Shown here piece by piece: positions 8,705 through 18,892 of a DNA stretch of 64,000 bases. The DNA lies in IMG/VR virus record IMGVR_UViG_3300014501_000016, positions 2,892-66,891 of that record. One strand, written 5' to 3'. The position numbers and the translations under genes are program-made. Position 1 is the stretch's first letter. Every line of letters starts with the position of its first letter. This stretch comes from a virus. Under the pieces are notes generated by a model that worked only from the letters and a program-made list of their open reading frames with translations, ran no database searches and had not been told where the DNA came from.

Positions 8705-9238
8705 ATGGGCAAGCGCGGGCCAGCACCGAAACCAACAGAATTAAGAAAGCTCGAAGGCAATCCCTCGCGCCGTCCGATGCCGAAGAACGAGCCGCAATAT
8801 CCAGCCGGGCTGCCAGTAAAGCCGAAACGGATGAGTCCTGGCGCCGCGCGGATCTGGGAAAAGCTGATCGACGAAATGGCCGGCGCATACATCCTGCGCA
8901 GCGTCGACCAGCGGGCGTTATGGCATCTCTGCGAGGACGAGGCGCTCATTGAAGAGGCTTACGCGGGCATCTGGAAAATGATTCGCACGCTGAAGAAAAA
9001 AGCGAAGGCGGAAAACAAAGTGCTCCCGGGCGGTGCGGTGATGGCGTTGCTAAGCATGACGAGCGGGCGCATGGCCATGTCCTCGGTTCGGGATCTGAGC
9101 GTGCGGGCAGTCATTCAGCGGCGCGAGTTCGGGTTAACTCCTTCATCGCGATCCAGGGTTGAGACCCTCGACGCGCAATTCAGCGGCGGGACCACTGGCG
9201 GGCCCGTGGATCCGCTGGAGATGAAACTGTGTGGGTAG
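8705..9238 (+). CDS. terS: Terminase small subunit, P27 family
   Basis: MGKRGPAPKPTELRKLEGNPSRR N-terminus and EFGLTPSSRSR motif. Confidence 0.92.
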   Translation: MGKRGPAPKPTELRKLEGNPSRRPMPKNEPQYPAGLPVKPKRMSPGAARIWEKLIDEMAGAYILRSVDQRALWHLCEDEALIEEAYAGIWKMIRTLKKKAKAENKVLPGGAVMALLSMTSGRMAMSSVRDLSVRAVIQRREFGLTPSSRSRVETLDAQFSGGTTGGPVDPLEMKLCG

Positions 9239-10922
9239 CAACTACCGACCGGACACGTGCGCCTATTGTCAGACCGACACATGGTGCGAGACCAGATCGA
9301 ACGGTAAGCCTCAATGCCGCGGGTGCAAAGTCGAGGCGTTCTACGAGCGGGTGTTGTATCCGCCGCTGAATCTCCAGCTATTGGGTTGGGGCAGGACGGT
9401 CATCAGGAGCTTGTTTGGAACGGTAAAGCTGGATGATGGGAAAAGACGTTTCCGTCGCGCGTATGTTTCTACTCCAAAACAAAACGGCAAGTCCTTTATT
9501 GTCGGCGGCATGCCGCTATATCACATCCTCATGGAGGATGAACTAAACCCGGAAGCATACGGATCGGCGGCCGCGAAGGAGCAGGCCGGCATCGTGTTCA
9601 AGGCATCCGCGATGTTGGTGAATGCGAACCCGGAGTTGCGCGCCAGACTGAAAGTTTTGCCGAGCACAAAACGAATCATCCGGCGCGACGGCGGGGGAAC
9701 CTATCAAGTGCTTTCGGCAGACGGCAATGTTCAGGACGGCATTCGTCCGAGTCTAAACATCCGGGATGAAATGCACCGCTGGAAGACCGCGGCGGCCCAG
9801 ACGCTTTACGAGGTAACAACCAAGGGCCAGATCAGTAGAAGCGAGCCGCTGGATATTGCGATCACGACTGCCGGCGCGGAGTACGAGTCACCGCTTTGGT
9901 TCGCCGAGTACGAATTCGCAAAGCGGGTGTTGTCGGACCCGACCGCGTCGGATAACTTTTACGCGGCAATCTGGGAAGCGAACAATGCCAAGATTAAGGC
10001 GGACCCGGAATACTGGAAATCGCGCGAGGCGCGTGTCGAAGCGAACCCCAGTCATGAGGATCGGGGCGGATTTCTAGAAGATGCGGCGATCGTTGTCGAA
10101 CTTGAGAAGGCACTTGTTCAGCCAGCGAATAAATCGTCATATCTGCGCTATCACCTGAATGTCCCAATGACTTCGCAGACCGACCCAATCATCGAAACGG
10201 CGAAGTGGCTGGCATGTGATGGCGGGGTCGATCTCCGGACATGGCCAGTATTCGACGTCGAGTTGTTAATCCGAAAGTGGGGCCTGCTGGAGCGACGCTG
10301 TTATGTGGGCGTGGACGCATCCTGGACAACGGACATGACGGCGGTGGTCTTCGGGTTTCCGCCCGAGAAGGATGACGAACCGTGGAAGTTGCTGCCGTTC
10401 TTCTGGATCCCCCAGGAGAAGGTATCGGACTTCGCACGTATTTGCCGGGTTCCGATTCAAAGTTGGGTTGAGCGCGGATTCGTCGAACAGACGCCAGGCA
10501 ACGCTTACGACCTTCGCGTGGTGAGGGAGCGGATCCAGTGGGGTCGGCAAATGTTCGACATCCAGGAGTTGGCCTATGACCGCGCGAATTTTCGCAGCAC
10601 TGCGATGGAAATCAACGATGAGGACGGCATAACGGCGATTGAGGTTCCGCAGAATTTCATGCAGTTGAGCGCGCCGACCAAGTTTCTTCTGGCCGCGTAT
10701 CTAGATAAGAAGATCGCGCACGCCAATCACCCTGTCTATAACTGGCACGCCGCCTGTTTGCAAGTTCAATATGACCGCAAGGACGGGGTGCAGCCATCGA
10801 AACCGGAACGGCTCAAGTCCTCGAAGCGCATCGACGGAATCCAGGCCACGGTGACAATGCTCAATCGCGGGATGCTCGCGCCGGTGCGGCAATACACCAG
10901 CACGACGGTCGGGTGGATATGA
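9231..10922 (+). CDS. terL: Terminase large subunit
   Basis: Walker A PKQNGKS, Walker B NIRDEMH, ITTAG coupling motif, nuclease VGVDAS, KRIDGIQA. Confidence 0.95.
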   Translation: MGSNYRPDTCAYCQTDTWCETRSNGKPQCRGCKVEAFYERVLYPPLNLQLLGWGRTVIRSLFGTVKLDDGKRRFRRAYVSTPKQNGKSFIVGGMPLYHILMEDELNPEAYGSAAAKEQAGIVFKASAMLVNANPELRARLKVLPSTKRIIRRDGGGTYQVLSADGNVQDGIRPSLNIRDEMHRWKTAAAQTLYEVTTKGQISRSEPLDIAITTAGAEYESPLWFAEYEFAKRVLSDPTASDNFYAAIWEANNAKIKADPEYWKSREARVEANPSHEDRGGFLEDAAIVVELEKALVQPANKSSYLRYHLNVPMTSQTDPIIETAKWLACDGGVDLRTWPVFDVELLIRKWGLLERRCYVGVDASWTTDMTAVVFGFPPEKDDEPWKLLPFFWIPQEKVSDFARICRVPIQSWVERGFVEQTPGNAYDLRVVRERIQWGRQMFDIQELAYDRANFRSTAMEINDEDGITAIEVPQNFMQLSAPTKFLLAAYLDKKIAHANHPVYNWHAACLQVQYDRKDGVQPSKPERLKSSKRIDGIQATVTMLNRGMLAPVRQYTSTTVGWI

Positions 10923-10935
10923 GAACAGGTGGCCG

Positions 10936-12621
10936 ATGGGTCTGATCCAGAGCATAAAGGGGCTTCTTGGCTTCCGCGCAGACGAGGAATCTGGCGGCGG
11001 AGCTCCTGCACCATGGTCCGATTTCTGGTACGAAAAGCTCGGCATCGGTTCATCGAGCGGCATGGTGGTCACGGAGGACACTGCCAAGCGTCTGGCCACT
11101 GTCTTAGCCTGCGTTGGCGTCATCGGCCGCAACATCGGCATGATGCCGTGCAAGATCTACACTGAGGCGCCGGACGGGTCAAAGAAGCTGGTCACGCAAC
11201 ATCCACTTTACGATGTGTTGTACAGCCGGCCGAATAGCCAGCAGACGGCCTTTGAGTTCAAGCAGATGATGGAGGGCCACCTCGAGCTGAGGGGCAATGC
11301 ATATGCTGAGATCGTTCCCGGGAAGCGCGGGCCCGTCGATCAGTTGAAGCCGCTGCATCCGGATCGCGTGACGGTAAAGCAACTGAAGCCGTCCGGGAAC
11401 ATCGTTTACGACTACAACGACCCTCTGACGAACAACACGCGCAGGTTGATGCAAGAGGAAGTGTTCCACCTCCGCAACTATTCGGATGACGGGATCGTTG
11501 GGCAGTCAACCGTAGCCATGGGGGTCGATACTTTCGGCGTCGCACTCGCGCAGCAGGATTACATGGCGCGTTTTCTGCGGAATGACGCCAGGCCGGCGAT
11601 TGCGCTCGAGGGCGGTATCTGGAAGACCAAGGAAGACGAGAAGGCTTTTCGTGAGAGCTGGCAACGTGGCCAGACGGGCGCGAATCGGGGCAAGATGGCG
11701 CTTTTGCCATCAGGGATGACGGCGAAGATGATCGGCGTCAACCCGAACGATCAACAACTGCTTGATGCGCGGAAATTCAGCCGGATCGAGATTTGCTCCG
11801 TTTTTGGAGTGCCGCCACATCTGATCGGCGAAACAGAGAAGACGGCTTCTTATGCCAGCGTCGAGCAATTCAACATCATGTATGCGGTCCACTGCATCTC
11901 GCCCAGGTTGACACTTTGGGAACAGGCGATTCAGCGGGACCTGATCACGTCGCCGAAATTCTTTGCCAAGTTCGACATGGCCGCACTGTTACGCGGCGAC
12001 ACCGCTAGCCGGTATGCGGCATATGCCCAGGCGCTTGGTCTCGGATTCATGTGCCAGGACGAGGTGAGGGCATTCGAAGGCCTGAACCCGATTCCTGCGG
12101 GCGCCGGCAAGAAATTCTGGCGGCCGCTGAACTGGGCACCGCTCGACCAAGTCGCGGCACCGGTCAGCACGGCACCACCGCCCAATGCGGTGCCCGGAGA
12201 CGACCCGAATGACGGACCGGATGGCGGCGGCCAAGATGGGGACGATCCTGATGCCGGCGCACTTGAGGAACAGAGACTGATCGCGAGCACCCGCCTTGAA
12301 CAACTGAAGCTGATGGCGAACTCGGCCGCGGACCGATGCGTGCGTAAAGAAGTGGCCGGGTTGCGGAAGATGGTCGAGCGTGGGACCGCGAACGAATACG
12401 AGTTGACAGAGTTCTACGACGAGCATGCGAAATTCGTGGCAGCGGTCATGCACCTAGACATGACTGGCGCGGTGTCGGTGAGCCAGGAGTACTATGAGCG
12501 GTCGTCCGCCATCATGGCCGAACTGGCCGAAAACGGTACGCCGGGTGCGCTTGGCTTCATCGACAAGATCGAACTTTCCGAATCCATGCGTCTCGCGGCG
12601 TTAGCAGTGGGGGAAGCGTAA
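10936..12621 (+). CDS. Portal protein, HK97 family
   Basis: LELRGNAYA, LHPDRV, EVFHLR, EICSVFGVPPHLIG, DEVRAFEGLNP. Confidence 0.95.
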   Translation: MGLIQSIKGLLGFRADEESGGGAPAPWSDFWYEKLGIGSSSGMVVTEDTAKRLATVLACVGVIGRNIGMMPCKIYTEAPDGSKKLVTQHPLYDVLYSRPNSQQTAFEFKQMMEGHLELRGNAYAEIVPGKRGPVDQLKPLHPDRVTVKQLKPSGNIVYDYNDPLTNNTRRLMQEEVFHLRNYSDDGIVGQSTVAMGVDTFGVALAQQDYMARFLRNDARPAIALEGGIWKTKEDEKAFRESWQRGQTGANRGKMALLPSGMTAKMIGVNPNDQQLLDARKFSRIEICSVFGVPPHLIGETEKTASYASVEQFNIMYAVHCISPRLTLWEQAIQRDLITSPKFFAKFDMAALLRGDTASRYAAYAQALGLGFMCQDEVRAFEGLNPIPAGAGKKFWRPLNWAPLDQVAAPVSTAPPPNAVPGDDPNDGPDGGGQDGDDPDAGALEEQRLIASTRLEQLKLMANSAADRCVRKEVAGLRKMVERGTANEYELTEFYDEHAKFVAAVMHLDMTGAVSVSQEYYERSSAIMAELAENGTPGALGFIDKIELSESMRLAALAVGEA

Positions 12622-12625
12622 GCGG

Positions 12626-12874
12626 CTAAGCTAGCGACGGAGCGCGGCAACCGGGATCGCGGGTATTGCGCCATAAGGCGATATCTCTCGGCGTCCCTCC
12701 GCTCGGATAGTCCTCTAACAAGTGGCCGATGCGGTCGAGTTCGTGCCCGAGCGGCATATTCTTCCAGGTGCAAAACTCGGCTATGTCCTGACGGCGCGCA
12801 GGGTTCCCGCAAACTCGCTGATCTTCGATGTATCGATCGATATAGGCTTCAAGGATTTCAAACTGGTCCGGCAT
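12626..12874 (-). CDS. Hypothetical moron protein between portal and protease
   Basis: 82 aa antisense ORF with TATACT 6 nt upstream of ATG. Confidence 0.5.
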   Translation of the reverse strand: MPDQFEILEAYIDRYIEDQRVCGNPARRQDIAEFCTWKNMPLGHELDRIGHLLEDYPSGGTPRDIALWRNTRDPGCRAPSLA

Positions 12875-13132
12875 TCACAAAGTATATGCGACGGGAGTCT
12901 TGCCGTGGGGGCTGCGTGATGCGAGGGTCGTGGGTGCGCACAGGAATTGTCAATGCGCGAATCATCTTCGTACTCGGTAGGGGGTTGCCGTCCTCATCCC
13001 CACTGCTTGGGATCACGATGACGTATGGGTCACCGAGCGGTTGCTCGTTCGGTATCACTTCAAACTGAACCATCTCGTATTCGACGTCGCCCACGCGCAT
13101 GTCAGCAGTATAGGCCACAGCAGGAGAAAAGC

Positions 13133-14380
13133 ATGAAAGCTTATCCGCACATCCGGCGCGCACTGGCCGGAAAACTCTGGTACGTCCACGAGCAGAAAAT
13201 GCAGGAGATGCTCGCGTTCCTGGAGATTAAGCTTGCGGGTGGATCGAGCGTGCCCGAGGTAATCGAATCAATTCGCGCCGTCAACCAGGCGGCTGCAGCA
13301 AGATCGCAGCAAACTGCTGCGAAGCCCGGTGCAATCGCGGTCATTCCCATCTATGGGATGATCATGCATCGGCAAATGGCGGACATATCGGGCGGCTCGT
13401 CAGGGACATCGACAGCCGTCCTTTCCGCAGCCATTCGCCAGGCGGTCGAGGATCCCGGCGTGAGTTCGATCGTGCTCGACATCGATTCCCCGGGCGGTGA
13501 CGTTGATGGGGTCGACGAGTTAGCCACCGAAATCTACCAGGCGCGAAAGCAAAAGAAGATCACGGCCGTGTCGAATTGCCTGTGCGCGTCGGCGGCCTAC
13601 TACCTGGCGGCGCAGGCCTCCGAAATCGTCGTCAGTCCGTCTTCGCTCACCGGTTCGATCGGCGTCTACACCATGCACGAGGACGATTCGGCGATGCTCG
13701 AGGCTGCGGGCATCAAGCTGGAACTGATCAAGTTCGGCGAAAACAAGGCAGAGGGAAACAGTCTGGGCCCACTGACAGATTCCGCCCGGGAACACCTCCA
13801 GCTGATCGTTGACACCTACGGAATCGCATTCGAGAAAGCTGTCGCGCGCGGTCGTGGGATCAAACAGGACGAGGTACACAGCAAATTCGGCCAGGGTCGG
13901 GTATTCGACGCAAAGACTGCAGTCCGAATTGGCATGGCGGACAGGGTTGGGACATTGGCGGACGTTTTAGGCCAGTCCGGGACTGGGAAAAGTGCGGGAA
14001 ATTCGCGGGCAGTGGCACAGATGGAAGAGGTTGAGCCAGAAGTTGTCCAGGCGGATGGGAGCGCACCCGCGATTGGCGTCGGGGAGCTATTCGTGAAGGA
14101 AATTGCTCGCATCGGTGCCGCTGTTGAAACACTTCAGTCAGGCGTCCCCGCAGCAAAAACAGTCCGAGCCGATGACGGTTGCAGTTGCGATTGCGTCCCC
14201 TGCGACGGCGGCGATTGCGATGACTGCGACCACGACGATTGCGCATGTGAAGGCTGCATGTGCGAGACGGCCACGGGCAAGCGCAATGCCAAGATGAGCG
14301 CCGAGGAACTTGACAAGACGCGTGCCCGGGGATTTGAGCGGATGCGTCACGAATTGCGTTCGGCGGAGTATGCGTCGTGA
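13133..14380 (+). CDS. Prohead protease, S49/SppA (ClpP-like) family, with Cys/Asp-rich C-terminus
   Basis: LDIDSPGG, CASAAYYLA, TGSIGV motifs; AGGAG RBS. Confidence 0.92.
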   Translation: MKAYPHIRRALAGKLWYVHEQKMQEMLAFLEIKLAGGSSVPEVIESIRAVNQAAAARSQQTAAKPGAIAVIPIYGMIMHRQMADISGGSSGTSTAVLSAAIRQAVEDPGVSSIVLDIDSPGGDVDGVDELATEIYQARKQKKITAVSNCLCASAAYYLAAQASEIVVSPSSLTGSIGVYTMHEDDSAMLEAAGIKLELIKFGENKAEGNSLGPLTDSAREHLQLIVDTYGIAFEKAVARGRGIKQDEVHSKFGQGRVFDAKTAVRIGMADRVGTLADVLGQSGTGKSAGNSRAVAQMEEVEPEVVQADGSAPAIGVGELFVKEIARIGAAVETLQSGVPAAKTVRADDGCSCDCVPCDGGDCDDCDHDDCACEGCMCETATGKRNAKMSAEELDKTRARGFERMRHELRSAEYAS

Positions 14381-14670
14381 TCCAGCCGAAGCCCATTGCA
14401 AGTCTTGAACCGGGAAAGATCTATGCGTTGCGAGGCAGATTCAGGACGGCCGAAGATGAAAATGCATTCCTGGCTCACCTGAACGACCGCTGCCCGGAGT
14501 GCAAATTCCTGATCCTTCCGACTGGCATTGAGGTGGTGGGATCGGCACCGGAAGAATTGGCGTCTGCGGAAATCTTTACTCAGCCTAGAACGCCTCCGCC
14601 GCCTCCGCCCGCAACGCAGAGATGCGGCGAGGTGAGGTTCGCAAGGGCGGTTAAGTCAAAAGATCCGTAA
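14377..14670 (+). CDS. Hypothetical protein
   Basis: GTGA overlap with protease stop; Pro-rich segment. Confidence 0.45.
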   Translation: MIQPKPIASLEPGKIYALRGRFRTAEDENAFLAHLNDRCPECKFLILPTGIEVVGSAPEELASAEIFTQPRTPPPPPPATQRCGEVRFARAVKSKDP

Positions 14671-14818
14671 TTTTATTACCTCCGGCCGCTAATAAAATTG
14701 CCGGGCAAATCGCAAAATCTTCGAAGGCCAATGCCTTCGCAACCTGCAACCGGGTCCGGCCAATGCCGATGCACGGGAGCTTTCGCCTGCACCAAAACAT
14801 AAAACGGAGACGAATCCC

Positions 14819-16135
14819 ATGTTGAAAGCACTTCGCCAAAAGAAGGCGGACGCGCTGGCCAAGGCTAATGCCATTTTCAAGGCAGCCTCGACCGCGGGCC
14901 GCGATTTAACCGAAGCCGAACGGACCGAATACGACGCCATTATGGGCGAAAAAGGTACCGTCGCAGCCATGAACGGCGACATTAAACGCCTCGAACTGAT
15001 GCAGGAAGAGGAGCGCAACACTCCCGCCTCAAGCCTCATCGAAGTCGGCGACGACCGCGCAGAGAAGAAGCCTTGGCGCGGGCTCGGCGACCAATTGTGC
15101 ACCCTGGCGAAATCAATGAAGGCCGTGAGCACCGGCTATGCGCACTTGGCCGACGCGCGCATCAAGGCAGCCCTGGGATCATCTGAGAGCGTTCCCGATG
15201 ATGGCGGCTTTCTTGTTCAGCCGGAATACGATAAGACCCTGCTCCAGCGCGTTTGGGACACCGGCCAGGTCGCGAGTCTCGTCGATAAAATGAAGATGAA
15301 CTCTGACCGGCTCCTGATTCCGGCCGTTGACGAAACCAGTCGCCAAGACGGGAAAAGATGGGGCGGCATACTGGGCTACTGGCTGGCTGAAGCTGCGCAG
15401 TATGCGGCTACCAAGCCAAAGTTTGATGAGCGGCAATTGACCGCACACAAGCTGATCGCGCTCTGTTATATGACCGAGGAGCTTCTTGCGGACACGGCGT
15501 TGGTCGAAAGCTATGTCAACAAGGTCGTCCCTCAGGAATTGGCGTTCAAGCTCGACCTATCCATCATCAGCGGGACCGGTGCTGGACAGCCGCTCGGCAT
15601 CATGAATGCTCCGAGCACCATCATCCAGACCTATGCCTCGGGTGAAGGTACGGCGGGGACGCCGCCATCCTCGACCGACATTCTCAACATGTGGTCGCGT
15701 ATGCCTGCGGGCTATCGCGGTGATGCGGTCTGGCTCATTAATCAAACCATCGAACCCGGTTTGATTCCGCTGACCATTGGTGCCCCATCTCTGGCCCAAG
15801 TGCTGATCTATACGGCACCCGGCTTGGCTGGAAACACAAGCGGCCGCGGCATGATGTTCGGCCGACCGGTAATCCCGATTGAACAAACGTCGGCTGTCGG
15901 AGTTCAGGGAGACATCATTCTCTGGTCGCCAAGCGGCTATCTGATGGCGATGCGGCAGGATCTGCGTGCAGATTCCTCAATGCATGTGGCCTTCCTGACC
16001 GGCGAAATGGCCTTCCGCTTCATGATGAGGGCAGACGGGCAGCCGTGGTGGAAGACGCCGCTCCAGCCGTATTACCCGACTGGGGGCACTGCGCCACCGA
16101 CCATGTCTCCTCAGGTCATCCTGCAAACCCGGTAA
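14819..16135 (+). CDS. Major capsid protein, HK97 fold
   Basis: N-terminal coiled-coil delta domain, DDGGFLV, TEELLAD, GTGAGQPLGI, MFGRPVI, FRFMMRADG. Confidence 0.95.
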   Translation: MLKALRQKKADALAKANAIFKAASTAGRDLTEAERTEYDAIMGEKGTVAAMNGDIKRLELMQEEERNTPASSLIEVGDDRAEKKPWRGLGDQLCTLAKSMKAVSTGYAHLADARIKAALGSSESVPDDGGFLVQPEYDKTLLQRVWDTGQVASLVDKMKMNSDRLLIPAVDETSRQDGKRWGGILGYWLAEAAQYAATKPKFDERQLTAHKLIALCYMTEELLADTALVESYVNKVVPQELAFKLDLSIISGTGAGQPLGIMNAPSTIIQTYASGEGTAGTPPSSTDILNMWSRMPAGYRGDAVWLINQTIEPGLIPLTIGAPSLAQVLIYTAPGLAGNTSGRGMMFGRPVIPIEQTSAVGVQGDIILWSPSGYLMAMRQDLRADSSMHVAFLTGEMAFRFMMRADGQPWWKTPLQPYYPTGGTAPPTMSPQVILQTR

Positions 16136-16157
16136 TTGGGCACAAAACTTTAACGCG

Positions 16158-16192
16158 AAGGCGCTTGTGTAAAGCAAAGCGCCTTTTCCTTT
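16158..16192 (+). terminator. Intrinsic terminator after capsid gene
   Basis: AAGGCGCTT...AAGCGCCTT stem followed by T-rich run. Confidence 0.55.
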
Positions 16193-16214
16193 ACTCAACG
16201 AAAGGATTTACGCA

Positions 16215-16712
16215 ATGAGCGCAAAAGGCTTTTGGGCGACACAGGATGGTCATGTCGTCAATCTCATTCCTCCAGTCAGCGCGGGCGCCGCACTCACGGG
16301 CGTTCGCTTCAACATGGCCAATTGGGCACACGCATCTCTTCTCCTGCGCTTCGGGGCGGCGGGCGGACCCACCGGTGCCATCGTGCTCAACGTCTTCCTG
16401 GCAGAATCTGGCGGGTCCGGCGTCGCTATTCCGTTCAAATATGCCCTTCAGTCCGCCGCATCGGCACCGTTTGACGTATTCACCGAGTGGGTCCAAGCCA
16501 CCTCGGCGGGATACACGCCGGTCGAGGTAGCCGATGAAATTGTCGGGATTGAGATCGATTCCGATGACCTACTGGTTGCGGCAAACGGGACTTATGTTGA
16601 GATTGACGTCGCAGTCGGGAGTCTGGGCACTACGCCACAGCTTCTTGATGCGATTGGGATCCTGTCAGGCGGTCGATACACGGGCGATCTGTCGGCTTCC
16701 GGTCAGGTTTAA
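16215..16712 (+). CDS. Putative head decoration/cement protein
   Basis: Beta-rich 165 aa ORF directly after the capsid gene with AAGGA RBS. Confidence 0.6.
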   Translation: MSAKGFWATQDGHVVNLIPPVSAGAALTGVRFNMANWAHASLLLRFGAAGGPTGAIVLNVFLAESGGSGVAIPFKYALQSAASAPFDVFTEWVQATSAGYTPVEVADEIVGIEIDSDDLLVAANGTYVEIDVAVGSLGTTPQLLDAIGILSGGRYTGDLSASGQV

Positions 16713-16732
16713 TTTGCCTTGCTGGCCATAAC

Positions 16733-16768
16733 GAGGGGGGCGGAGCCATCCCGCTTCCCTCTCTTTTT
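16733..16768 (+). terminator. Intrinsic terminator
   Basis: GAGGGGGGCGG...CCGCTTCCCTC stem followed by TCTTTTT. Confidence 0.6.
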
Positions 16769-16933
16769 GGAGTCTCGCATGTTCGAGCCTGCCGATGTCG
16801 AGAGGGCTTTAACCGTGGCGCAGGCTCTCGCCAAGGAACTGTGCTCCGGGACGGACACGGAGCTGATGATCGAGGTCCATTCCGAAACCGAAAAAGAGGC
16901 GGCTTTTATATTGCGACTCAAGAGGGTTGAGCC

Positions 16934-17218
16934 ATGTATGTAGAAATTCTTGACGGTCAATACGCGGGCCAGATGCGCGAAATGGAACCCGGCGTCGCGC
17001 AAGACCTGATAAACCTCGGACGGGCGCGAAAGTTCGCTCAACCCACGTCCGCTGCACCTCCTTTGCCCGGCGGGTACTCCGGCGCCCAGGTGGCCAAAAC
17101 GCCTGTCGCTCCCGCCGTAGTTGCCGATGTTTTGCAGGCGCGATTAGAGAAAGTCGAACGCCAGATCCGCCAAGATCAAGAAAGGCAGCACGCCGACGGA
17201 AAGAAGAAGAACAGGTAG
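16934..17218 (+). CDS. Hypothetical head-region protein
   Basis: MYVEILDGQYAGQMREMEPGVAQDLINLGRA resembles small proteins found between capsid and connector genes. Confidence 0.55.
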   Translation: MYVEILDGQYAGQMREMEPGVAQDLINLGRARKFAQPTSAAPPLPGGYSGAQVAKTPVAPAVVADVLQARLEKVERQIRQDQERQHADGKKKNR

Positions 17219-18070
17219 ATGAGCATCGCACTCATCACACCGCCGGTAGCCGAGCCCGTCACCGTTGCCCAACTCATGCAGCAAATGGGCTTCGGTACGG
17301 TTGCGAATGCCACGCTTTCGGCGACATTGAACGCACAGCTGAACACGTCACTCGTCGCGGCACGGGCAAATGTCGAAAGCTTTCTGCGGCGCGTGCTCAT
17401 CACCCAGCACTGGTTATTGCGCCGGGATAGGTTCACGCATCGCATGATCGATTTGCCGAAACCGCCATTTCAGTCGGTTGACTTCTTCAAATACATCGAC
17501 ACCGGCGCGAACGTCCAGCAACTGTTTCTGGATACGACCTATGGCCTGAACTTTCCTGCTCAATATGGGTACCAGCTCGAACGCGGGAGCGACACTCAAC
17601 CGGCGCGATTGTTTCCGCCGTGGGCCAAGCCATGGCCACCCACGCTCATGGTGCCGTCGAACGTCATGGTCCAGTTCCGGTGCGGCTATGGTGGCCCGCA
17701 GCTCGTTACGATGACGGCCGCATCCGCCATCCTCGTGGGCCCGGTATTCAATCCGGATGACGCGCCGTTGATGACTGGAGACACAGGCACGCTGGTAAGT
17801 GTTCCCGGCGCCGGGGCCGATGGGTTGAACAGTCCGCCGCTGGTGGCCAATGTCGCATCGGTGGACGTGAATGGACAGGCGACACTTTCCGTAGCTGCAA
17901 CCACCGCGGTGGCTAATGTGCAGGCGTGGATTGGTAATCCGATACCGGGGGACATCATCAAAGCGATCCTGCTGCTGGCCCAGTTTTACTACGAACAGGC
18001 GAGCGTGGGCGGGGAGATTCCTCGCTACATCACGGACTCGATCTGGCCATACCGGAATCTGGTTAGCTGA
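17219..18070 (+). CDS. Head-tail connector (HK97 gp6/SPP1 gp15-like) with inserted domain
   Basis: PPVAEPVTV, AARANVESFLRRVLITQHW, VQFRCGYG, IPGDIIKAILLLAQFYYE. Confidence 0.85.
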   Translation: MSIALITPPVAEPVTVAQLMQQMGFGTVANATLSATLNAQLNTSLVAARANVESFLRRVLITQHWLLRRDRFTHRMIDLPKPPFQSVDFFKYIDTGANVQQLFLDTTYGLNFPAQYGYQLERGSDTQPARLFPPWAKPWPPTLMVPSNVMVQFRCGYGGPQLVTMTAASAILVGPVFNPDDAPLMTGDTGTLVSVPGAGADGLNSPPLVANVASVDVNGQATLSVAATTAVANVQAWIGNPIPGDIIKAILLLAQFYYEQASVGGEIPRYITDSIWPYRNLVS

Positions 18071-18480
18071 TGGCGTGGACATACCCGTGGCAGCGCGTAA
18101 AAGACCCACTGGTAATCCCCTCGGGTGCGCTCCGCAATGCTGTCCAGATTCAGTCACAGAGCGCGACCCAGGACACTTTCGGCGAACAGATAGCCACCTG
18201 GTCAACAGTACCGGGCGGGAACATGTTCGCGGCGATTGAAACGATGCGGACAGGAGAGCAATTCGAGTCCGGCTTCGTTTCGCAGGTCGTTCATCGCATC
18301 ACGATCCGTTGGCCCGGTCCGAGCGTTCCCATTCTCGCGAACATGCGTGTGGTCGTGGATCCGGTTCCAGGTGGGCAATCGAGCATGTATCTAATTCAAG
18401 CCGTGGAAAATGTTCAGCAACGGAACAGGGTAGTGCGCATGACATGCCTAGAGATAGATAACTCCACGGTAAGTTCATAA
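18070..18480 (+). CDS. Head closure/head-tail adaptor (SPP1 gp16-like)
   Basis: GALRNAVQIQ..DTFGE..W...HRITIRW...MRVV...Y.IQAV. Confidence 0.85.
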   Translation: MAWTYPWQRVKDPLVIPSGALRNAVQIQSQSATQDTFGEQIATWSTVPGGNMFAAIETMRTGEQFESGFVSQVVHRITIRWPGPSVPILANMRVVVDPVPGGQSSMYLIQAVENVQQRNRVVRMTCLEIDNSTVSS

Positions 18481-18524
18481 CTGATGTTCCACATGGAACA
18501 CTAAGCCAGTCATTGGTGGCCAAG

Positions 18525-18881
18525 ATGCTGAACAGCGCTTTCCTTCTGTTCGTAATCGTCATCACGACCTTGATATCCACGCTTCTTAACCGAAAGGACC
18601 ACAAACTCATCATGTCCCAGCTCGATGACCTCAACACCGCAGTTACCGCCATCTCGACCGACCTCAGCGGACTGTCAACCGATGTGACCACCGTGCTCGC
18701 CGATTTCGTGGCCGCAGAAGCCACCATCGCAGCCGGCGGTACCGTCGACCTCAGCGCACCGATTGCCAGCCTGACTGCCATCGCGGCCAGCATCACGGCA
18801 CTCGATACAAGCGTGAAGTCGGCGATTCCGGCAGCCTCACCGACAGCCTCGGCAATCCCGTCAACCAAGCCTGCCGCCTAG
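18525..18881 (+). CDS. Hypothetical protein, N-terminal TM anchor plus coiled coil
   Basis: AFLLFVIVITTLISTLL then heptad-like LDDLNTAVTAISTDLSGL. Confidence 0.55.
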   Translation: MLNSAFLLFVIVITTLISTLLNRKDHKLIMSQLDDLNTAVTAISTDLSGLSTDVTTVLADFVAAEATIAAGGTVDLSAPIASLTAIAASITALDTSVKSAIPAASPTASAIPSTKPAA

Positions 18882-18892
18882 GAGCCTGAGCC

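Noticed and set aside
12858-13163. Second antisense ORF between portal and protease
   Set aside because: Overlaps the protease start and the putative promoter of the 12874 gene; no recognisable motif
9231-16135. Inteins or introns in terminase, portal or capsid
   Set aside because: Lengths are normal and no intein splice motifs or frame breaks were seen
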